From an uncultured Treponema sp. (GTDB lineage Bacteria; Spirochaetota; Spirochaetia; Treponematales; Treponemataceae), in the NCBI GenBank assembly GCA_937893155.1, contig CALBGU010000081.1, positions 9,633 to 73,632 of the forward strand: a stretch of DNA of 64,000 nt. The letters run 5' to 3'. Numbering within the stretch: position 1 is the first letter of the stretch; each line of letters opens with the position of its first letter. Shown here piece after piece: positions 18,664-26,700 of this stretch. Below the pieces are notes generated by a model, which searched no databases, had not been told where the DNA came from, and saw only the letters and a list, made by a program, of their open reading frames with translations. Made by a program: the position numbers and the translations under genes.

Positions 18664-20373
18664 TTAGCGCGAATGCAAAAAAGATTCGATTTGAGGGCGG
18701 ATTTCCAAAAACGAGGCAACAAGCACGGGGTCAAAATGCGTGCCGGCGCCCTTTGCAATGATATTAAATGCGCTTTCGGCATTGAGCGAAAATTTATACG
18801 ACCGCTTTGCCACCAGCGCGTCAAACACGTCTACCACCGCCATAATGCGCGCAGGAAGCGGGATTTCGCTGCCGATAAGCCCGTCTGGATAGCCTAAACC
18901 GTCGAAACGCTCGTGATGATAGTTCGCCACATTTTCCGCCATCGCGATAAGCCGTTTGTTTCCGCTTTCTGCAAGGATTTTTCCCGCAATTTCGCGCCCA
19001 AACACCGTGTGCATTTTCATAATCTCAAATTCTTCGTCTGAAAGAGCGTCTTTTTTGTTCAAAATCACATCGGAGATTTTGATTTTGCCGATGTCGTGCA
19101 AAAGGGACGCATCGCCCATCAGCGAAATAAACTCCTCATCGATTTCGTCCTTGAAAAGTCCCTTTGCAAAAAGGTGTTCCGAAAGCATAATCGCATAAAT
19201 CTTCGTGTTGCGAACGTGTTCGCCCGTACATTCATCGCGACTTTCAATCATCGTTGCCAGATTTTCAATCACGTTTTCCTGCAATTTTATCAAATCGTGC
19301 GTTTTATTTTTGATGATTTCGGTCTGTTCACGCACTTTTTCTTCTAGTAAATCGCGATAATCATTGATGACACTCTGATTTTGCTCCAAAAGCTGCGCGT
19401 AAGAACTAGATTTTCGCCGATTGAGCAAATTTGACACATAAAAAAGCGCAATGAACATAATATGTGCCAAGAAAATAATAATTTTGAGCACCATTTTGCC
19501 GCGAATTCGGTAAAAAAGTTCTGTTTGCTTAAAAATGAGCACAAAAAAATACTCTCCCTGCAAACATTTATGGAACACCGTGCAGTCCGTGCCGCTTATT
19601 TTGGTATCAAAAACGCCGCTCAAGCCCTTGTACACCGCTCCCAGCATCATACGAACATTGTCGCGCAGAGAATATTCGTCTCCATTCTTGCCGGCAGCCA
19701 CCGCGCTGTCGCCGATTGTACAAACCGCCGTGCTATCTCGGTTGACCAACACGCACCACGCATTTTTCCCAAGATAAAAACGCGAGAGCGTCTCCGTAAT
19801 GTCGTCTAACTCAACATCAAAAGCCAGCACGCTCACCCCGTCCGTCAGTTCCTTTGCCGCGGTCAGCACCAGATGCTGTGATTTTCCGACCCGCTGCAAC
19901 ACGGTAACCGCTTTGCCGTTCGCCGCCCGTGCTTTTTTGTACCAGACCGCATCTTCGACAGAGTTCCCGTACTTTGCATTGACGCATTTTCCATTGATGT
20001 AGCCATAAAACGTGCCTTTGAGCGTGCTGTTTTGCTTGAACGCAGTCAGCGATATGCTTTTTTCGCGCAAAAAACCTTCAAGCGAATGTGTTTTCCTTGA
20101 AAAAATGAACGCTTCAGAGTCTTGCGCAACCACCGCGAGGGCATCCATCGCCTCGGTCAAAAAATCTTCAAATGGATGTGCGATATTATTCAGAAGGGAA
20201 ATGCCCGCGTCAATCTCATAGGACTTTGTTGCGTGAAAAAAAAACACACCGCCGAAAAACAACACAGAAATCAGAACCGCAATCGACAAAAACAAGGTAA
20301 AAATTCCCATTTTTGTATTCATTTTTTTATTCGCGGCGGAATGAAATTCCGAAAAATCATTGTTTTCAGACAC
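18664..20373 (-). CDS. Membrane-anchored HD-GYP phosphodiesterase with Cache-like sensor
   Basis: Two TMs around a WYKKA-containing domain; TGEHV, LHDIGK, HHERFDGLGYP and DVFDAL motifs; GTG 20373 preceded by AGGAG. Confidence 0.93.
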   Translation of the reverse strand: MSENNDFSEFHSAANKKMNTKMGIFTLFLSIAVLISVLFFGGVFFFHATKSYEIDAGISLLNNIAHPFEDFLTEAMDALAVVAQDSEAFIFSRKTHSLEGFLREKSISLTAFKQNSTLKGTFYGYINGKCVNAKYGNSVEDAVWYKKARAANGKAVTVLQRVGKSQHLVLTAAKELTDGVSVLAFDVELDDITETLSRFYLGKNAWCVLVNRDSTAVCTIGDSAVAAGKNGDEYSLRDNVRMMLGAVYKGLSGVFDTKISGTDCTVFHKCLQGEYFFVLIFKQTELFYRIRGKMVLKIIIFLAHIMFIALFYVSNLLNRRKSSSYAQLLEQNQSVINDYRDLLEEKVREQTEIIKNKTHDLIKLQENVIENLATMIESRDECTGEHVRNTKIYAIMLSEHLFAKGLFKDEIDEEFISLMGDASLLHDIGKIKISDVILNKKDALSDEEFEIMKMHTVFGREIAGKILAESGNKRLIAMAENVANYHHERFDGLGYPDGLIGSEIPLPARIMAVVDVFDALVAKRSYKFSLNAESAFNIIAKGAGTHFDPVLVASFLEIRPQIESFLHSR

Positions 20374-20535
20374 TTTTTTTCTCCTGCTGTTCGCTAAAAC
20401 AAGCAAGCACTGTTTTCTTTTGATTATTTTCAGTAGTATAGCACATCTTTTTTGCCTTATGCTAGCGTTCGCAAGGATTATTTTTCTCACAGATGCTCAA
20501 AAACACCGTGCATTTGCCCTTTGCACACACAAAAA

Positions 20536-21285
20536 TTATATCTCCTCAATGTGCGAAACGTATTCCAGCGTGGAAAGAGCGGCAATAATCTCGCGGTGCG
20601 ACTTATACTTTTTTAATTCATCGCTGGAAATCGAAATCGCGATAGAATACACGCTCAAGCCTGAGTTCGCGTAAGCAGGATTCATCTCTATTGCGTCAAT
20701 TTTTAGCCCTAAGCGGCGGATTGTGGTAACAAAATTTTGCAGGTTAAGCGAATTCTTGAGTTCGAGATGTATTTCAAAATGATTGGAACGGTTTTTCAAA
20801 TAGAATTCAAGCTCCGGCAATTTTGACAAACAGAAAAGCAGCGCAACAAACGCCGTTACTGAAAGCGTATATTGCCCAGCACCGATTGCGATGCCCAAAA
20901 AACAACTCGCCCAGAGCGAAACCGACGTGGTTAAGCCCATAATTTGATTGCGGGAAGAGAAAAACAGCGTGCGGGTGGAGATTCTTGCCGACGAAACGAC
21001 TGCCGCCGCCGAAAGAATGAACAAATTGCTTTTGTATTGAGAACCGATGCAGATGTCGAGAAGCATTGCCAGCGTGCCCGAGAGCGTAACCACGATGAAA
21101 GTGCGGAATCCTGCCGAATGGCGTTTGCTACTGCGCTCCCAACCGATAATCGCTGACAAAAAAAGTGATAATCCCAGCCGTAAAACAAGCGCTCCGACCG
21201 TAAGTTCTGCTGCCCAACTGCCTAAAACGTGGGCAATAGGGTCAGAGGTACTGAATAAAATCGTTGAGATTTTCTCTTCGTTCAT
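20536..21285 (-). CDS. MgtC/SapB-family membrane protein
   Basis: IIGWER...AGFRTF and GLTTSVSLWA motifs; ACT-like C-terminus. Confidence 0.92.
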   Translation of the reverse strand: MNEEKISTILFSTSDPIAHVLGSWAAELTVGALVLRLGLSLFLSAIIGWERSSKRHSAGFRTFIVVTLSGTLAMLLDICIGSQYKSNLFILSAAAVVSSARISTRTLFFSSRNQIMGLTTSVSLWASCFLGIAIGAGQYTLSVTAFVALLFCLSKLPELEFYLKNRSNHFEIHLELKNSLNLQNFVTTIRRLGLKIDAIEMNPAYANSGLSVYSIAISISSDELKKYKSHREIIAALSTLEYVSHIEEI

Positions 21286-22739
21286 CTTCTTCTCCTTTTC
21301 GCAGACTTCCGCAAACTATTCGCCCGCTGGCGACCCTCAGAAATCTTGCCGAGACGCTCTTCCCACACCGCGTGAGCGTGCGTTTCAGCTGCTTCGGTGT
21401 ATGCCGCCTCCTCTTCATTGACCGTGTGAACAGGAAGTTCCTCTTGAATCTTGTGAATACGCTCAATGAGCAGTTCCAGCTCGCTTTTTTGCCCGCCGTC
21501 CTCGGCAGTTTCGTTCACACTCACCAACTCCTCAAGTTTGGTTGAATAGGATTTAGACAAAAACAACGATAACTTTGCGCAGGCAGGACCAATTAACTCG
21601 TACAACACGCTTGACGCAAGAATAATCGTCTGCAACGCATTGCCCGTCTCCCCTCCCAGCGCGCGCGCCCCGAGCGCAGCAAGACCAATCGCCACTCCCG
21701 CCTGCGGAATAAGGGCAAGACCAAGATAATTCCTCGTTGTCTCAGCCTTTTTTACCATAAAACAGCCCATAAATGCCCCAAAATACTTTCCGACAATGCG
21801 CACAAAAAAGTAAATCACGCCGATTGCAAGCAAGGGAACGCTGCCGACAGTCCCAGACGACACAAGCGCGCGCAAATCAAACGACAAACCAGAGCGCACA
21901 AAGAAAATCAGCAGAATGGGAGGGCTAAAATACGCCAGCTGCTTAAATAACTTGCTGTCGTCCGTCAAATTTATGTACGCCATTCCCATTGACATACAGC
22001 CCAAAAGCGGAGAAACATTGAACACCGTGCAAATTGCACAAAAGGCAAAGAGGAGCGCAACCGAAATTATCAATCTATTGTCGCTGGACCTCTTGGGCGC
22101 AAGCAAAAACTTGAGAAACAGCCCGAAAAGAAAGCCCAAACAGAGCACCAGCGCATTCGACAGAATCGGAAAAATGATTCTGCCAAGCGAAAATGCCTCT
22201 CCCGTCGCCGAGGAAATAGCCACCGAAATCGCCACGCTGTAGGCAAGCAGCCCGACAATGTCGTCGAGCGCAACAACCTGCAAGAGCGTCTCCACAAAAT
22301 CGCCTTTTGCACCTGTTTGCCTGATTGTCATCATCGTGGAAGCAGGCGCGGTGGCTGACGCGAGCGCAGAAAGCACAATGGAAAAGGCAATATTCAAGCG
22401 CAACACAAAATAACAGACCACAAAAACGGCAACCGAAGCCATCAACGCCTCAAACAGCGTTATAATAATGACCTTCGCACCGTTTTTCTTGAGCGTCTCC
22501 AGCCGAAAAAACTCGCCCGTGCTAAACGCGATGAATGCCAGCGCAATGTCGGGCAGAAAATCAGTTGCAGAAACGATATTCTGAGGAATAAGATTAAAAC
22601 AAAATGGTCCAATCAATATGCCCGCGATAATGTAAGCCGTAACGTTCGGTAGGCGCAGCTTTTTTGTAACGCGCGTCATTAAAAAACCAGAGAGCAATAT
22701 GATTGATATGGATAAAATAGCAGAATCCGCGTGTCCCAT
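21282..22739 (-). CDS. Cation:proton antiporter (CPA superfamily)
   Basis: LPNVTAYIIAGILIGP, ATAPAST, VVALDD and PQAGVAIGL motifs; 4-bp overlap with the MgtC gene. Confidence 0.93.
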   Translation of the reverse strand: MGHADSAILSISIILLSGFLMTRVTKKLRLPNVTAYIIAGILIGPFCFNLIPQNIVSATDFLPDIALAFIAFSTGEFFRLETLKKNGAKVIIITLFEALMASVAVFVVCYFVLRLNIAFSIVLSALASATAPASTMMTIRQTGAKGDFVETLLQVVALDDIVGLLAYSVAISVAISSATGEAFSLGRIIFPILSNALVLCLGFLFGLFLKFLLAPKRSSDNRLIISVALLFAFCAICTVFNVSPLLGCMSMGMAYINLTDDSKLFKQLAYFSPPILLIFFVRSGLSFDLRALVSSGTVGSVPLLAIGVIYFFVRIVGKYFGAFMGCFMVKKAETTRNYLGLALIPQAGVAIGLAALGARALGGETGNALQTIILASSVLYELIGPACAKLSLFLSKSYSTKLEELVSVNETAEDGGQKSELELLIERIHKIQEELPVHTVNEEEAAYTEAAETHAHAVWEERLGKISEGRQRANSLRKSAKRRRR

Positions 22740-22867
22740 GCTATCTATTATAATTCTTTTTTGATAAATTAACACTGTTTTTCTGTATTTTTTGAAAAAA
22801 AATGCACTCATACATTCTATTTTCGCCAAAATTCATTTTGCAATCGCCATAAAACAATGGATAAAAG

Positions 22868-22887
22868 TTCCGTATTGCAATACGGAA
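22868..22887. promoter_or_regulatory. Perfect 20-bp palindrome, candidate operator
   Basis: TTCCGTATTGCAATACGGAA lies between the divergent antiporter and TetR genes. Confidence 0.45.
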
Positions 22888-22949
22888 GCCGTCTTTTTAG
22901 CCGTCTCCGTTTCTTTTAGTGCGCAAAAAGACTATCCGCAACGCGCAAA

Positions 22950-22979
22950 TTGACATATCGTATCACAAAAAGCCATAAT
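22950..22979 (+). promoter_or_regulatory. Promoter upstream of the TetR gene
   Basis: TTGACA-18-CATAAT. Confidence 0.6.
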
Positions 22980-23023
22980 GACAGCGAACAGCACACGATT
23001 TTGAGTGCAAAAAAGGTAATTTT

Positions 23024-23515
23024 ACGGAAGAAACAACGACTCCGCACACAAAAGAACGTATTTTGCAGATTGCAACGGCAGAATTTTTGGAAAAAGGTTT
23101 CCGCGGCGCAAGTTTACGAGCCATTGTTAAAAATGCAGGTGTTACCACTAGCGCGTTTTACGGTTATTTCAAAAACAAAGAGGAGATTTTTGACGCAATT
23201 GTATCTCCCCACGCAACAGAATTGATAAAAATCTTTCAAAAATACCTCAATGCGTTTTTAGCATTGCCCAAAACAGCGTGGAAAACCGATAACAGCCGCT
23301 TTGCACACGACGGAATGCGTGAAATGTACGATTATGCCGAAAAAAATAAAACGGCGTTTCAGTTAATCCTCACTGCTGCGGCGGGAACGCGCTGGGAACA
23401 CTATCTGCACGACATTGTTCAGCAAGAAATTGACATCACGCACCGCTTTTATGCTTCCATCAAAACAGAAAGAAACTCTGCACGGTGTTTTTATTCTTTT
23501 TGCAAAACCGAATAG
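23024..23515 (+). pseudogene. TetR/AcrR-family regulator, probably degraded
   Basis: HTH TKERILQIATAEFLEKGFRGASLRAIVKNAGVTTSAFYGYFKNKEEIF. The natural start position after AAAGGT is ACG (23024), and the 3' end runs into a repeat region. Confidence 0.6.
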
Positions 23516-23640
23516 CATAAAAACACCGAGCAAACATCTTTTTGTAAAACAGAAATGCTCAAAAACATTGTGAAATATGCTTTTCTGCAAGAACTGAATA
23601 GTCAAAAACACGGTGAAATATGCGTTTCGTAAATGAAAAA
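23482..23640. repeat. Degenerate 42-43-bp repeat, about 3 copies
   Basis: AAAAACA(C/T) at 23519, 23561 and 23604; GTGAAATATGC twice; IR CGGTGTTTTTAT/ATAAAAACACCG. Confidence 0.6.
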
Positions 23641-23785
23641 AGAATAAATGCGCGTGTTTTTATCATTTCCGTTTTTTATAAAAGCGATGATTACGGAGTG
23701 AAAATGCTCTTTTTGTTTTACGGATTATATGGCGCATAGTGTTTTTGTGGTGTGCATTTTTGAAAAAGCGATGAAAACGTGTGTG

Positions 23786-26700
23786 TTAGAACGTTATTTT
23801 GACGCTTGCCGACAAGGTTATGCCTGCGTAGATAAGACTGTCGGACACATTTGAGAATTCTGGGCTGACGACGGTTACAACGGTGAGGTATTTAGAGAAA
23901 GCCGCGTCGCTTTCGTGCGTGTAGACAACGCTTTGTGCGCGTTTATAGCGTGCGTTGGTCGTCGTGGTGGATTTTTTCTGCGACGCAGTGAATTTTAGGC
24001 TGTCTATTTTGGTAACACTGACCGACGACACGTCAAGTGAAGGCTTGCACATTTGTACGAAAGACACCAGCGGGGAAGTTTTGCGTTCCCGTTTGTATGA
24101 AAAGGTGCATTTTGCGCTCCACGCGTCGTCTGATTCAACCGTTCCTTCTAATGCAGTCTTGAAACTGTCTTTTTTGGAGAAAAAAAACGCCGATGTCAGC
24201 TCCGCCGAGTGAGAAAAGGTGTAATCTTCTGGCGCGGCACGCGGGATTTTGACTGCACTGGAAAAATGTGCGCCGAATTCGTCTTCGTTGTACCATTTGA
24301 ACAGACGGAGTGCGCTATACGAGCCTAAAACGTTGTTCGCGCTGTACGAAATCGACGCTTTTGCGTTGTATATATCATTTTTGGTTGACGAAGCAGTGAT
24401 TTGTCTGGCGAACGAAGCGTTTATTGAAGACGGAATGACTAAATCCAGAGCGGAATCCGCCGCCGCTCTGCGCCAAGACGCCGCGTAGGTTGCGTAATAG
24501 TATTGCGTGGACGAGGAAGCACTGCTGCTTTCAAGCATAGTGTCTGCTAGTTTTGTGTTTACTAAATCGTTGCATGGAATTGCCGTGTACAGATACATGC
24601 GGTCGGCAGTCAACAGGTATTTTGCGTCTTCCGTGTATGAGCCGCCCGCATTTACCTTTGCGTTTCCCCCTCCCTCGCGCATATAAGACAGTGAAAACCG
24701 CTGTTTTCCGATTGTCAGCGGCAAGGTTAAGAGATATTGCGTGTAATCCGTCTGTTTTGCACTTGAGGAAAGCGTGTAGGTGTCTGCGGCTTCGGCGTGG
24801 AGTTCAGGGGTGAATTTTAGCGCATTGAATTTATAGAAAACAGTTGCGTTGCCCGTTGTTTTTCGCTTTTTGGCATCGGATTTTCCTGCGTCGAATTGGA
24901 ATTTCGTGTTGTCGGCATAACTTTCGCTGTACTCGGAGCTATAATTCGCCTTGATTTTTTGGTATACAGTTGCCTCCGCCTCAATATGCAGTCTGTCAAT
25001 ATCGCTTTCGGCGCTCACACAAGCATCTTGCGTCTTGTAAATGGTACTTGCTATCGTCTGGGAAGAGCCTTCAAGGTGTGCAACGGGCAATTCTAAGGCG
25101 AGGGAATTGGATTTTTTTTGTTTTTTGCCTTCATTGTCCAGCTGATAGGCCTCGCTGAAGTCGAAAATGCCGAAAATTGCATCGTTGGTTTGTGCAAAAT
25201 GCCCGACGGAAGAGAACATATAGTTGCTATCGCTTCGGTGCGCCTCGTTTCCGCCAATATCGACTTTCCAAATGCCTATTCCCGCCGCGACGCTTTCGCT
25301 TGCCTGTGTCTTTTTGGTTCCGTTCGACGTGTTGGCGCTCGTTTTTACAAAAAAATCGTGCAAAATCTCCGCGTCGCCAAGGCTTACTATCGCGCCGTCC
25401 TTTTGATAATTGAGTGTGACAGCGCTTTTTGCGGCAAGGTCTGGCGAAATCTCTGATAAATGAAGTTCATCGATAAAAAAACAGCCCGAATCCGCCCCGT
25501 CAGCATTGAGTTTTACGATGAGTTTTGAGGCAATCACATCAGTGTCAACGCTTGCTCGTCCCGCAAAATCTGAATCCACATAGACTTTTTCGCTTTTTAA
25601 GTCCACTTCGACTTTGTGCCAGCTGTCTTTGCTCAAATTTTCGCCCGAAATCACACAGTTCACGGCATTTTCGACCTCATCGCTTCCCGCGTCGGTTTGG
25701 CGCACGAACGAAAAGGTCAATGCGTCATCGCTTTCGAGGCTTTGCGTCAAGAAAACATAGAATGCAAGATTTTTGTAGCCCGAAATATCGGTTTCATCGA
25801 CGTATTGGCTCAACGTGATGTATGTGTTGCTCGATGAAATGTCCGTTTCTTTTTGCCATTTTATGCCCGCAACGCTGTTGGCGCTCGTGTTGAAGGTGCT
25901 GACCGTGCTGTCGCTGATTGCGCCGACCGATACGCCCCACTCGGCACTGACCGACGCAGGCGTGTCTTCGCGTACCGTGGTGGAAAATCCGTCCGCGCTC
26001 ACTGCAAATGAGGTTCCCGCGATTTCAAAAACGCCCGCTTTGAGCTTCCCCGACGCATTTTTTTCCGTGGAAGACGAGGCGACAATGAGCCGCGCGCCAG
26101 TAAATGTGCCGAGAAAGGCGCGGTCTTCGTCGGTTAAGCGTACCGTAACGGTTTGCCAGCCGCTTTCGCCAAGCGAGAACGAGCGCAGGACGTCGGAAGA
26201 GGCTTTGCTGACCAGCCACGTTGGAATTGCCTCACAGGATTCGGCGGAGAAATCTGCGTCGCTGTTTACGCCGAGCTGCAAGAATATTTCAACGGGTGTG
26301 TCGGCGGAAAATGCAGACGGATTTTCATTTTTCAAGGCGATGCTAAACGTTTGCGCCGACGCAAGAGCCGTTCCCGCCGAGCCTAAGGCAATCGTTACCG
26401 CGCGCCAAGCGGGATTGTCTGCCGTTGCTCTTATCGCCGAAAAGTTCCAGTCAATCGGGATTGCGTAGCCTGAAACCGCGCTGTCTTTTGTGCCAGAATC
26501 AACTGACGCACTGTCTTTTTTGCTCTCGGAAAGCTCAATCGGCAGTGAAAATGAGGAGTCCGCGGAGCCAAAAGGGCGAGCGTTGAGCACAGGCTCTATT
26601 CCCGCAGGCACGGAAACGCCCGCGCTCTCTGACAATGTGTTTGTTTCGGCGCTGTTTTCGTCCATGCCCAGTATGCGATACAGTCCCGTGGTGTTGTCCG

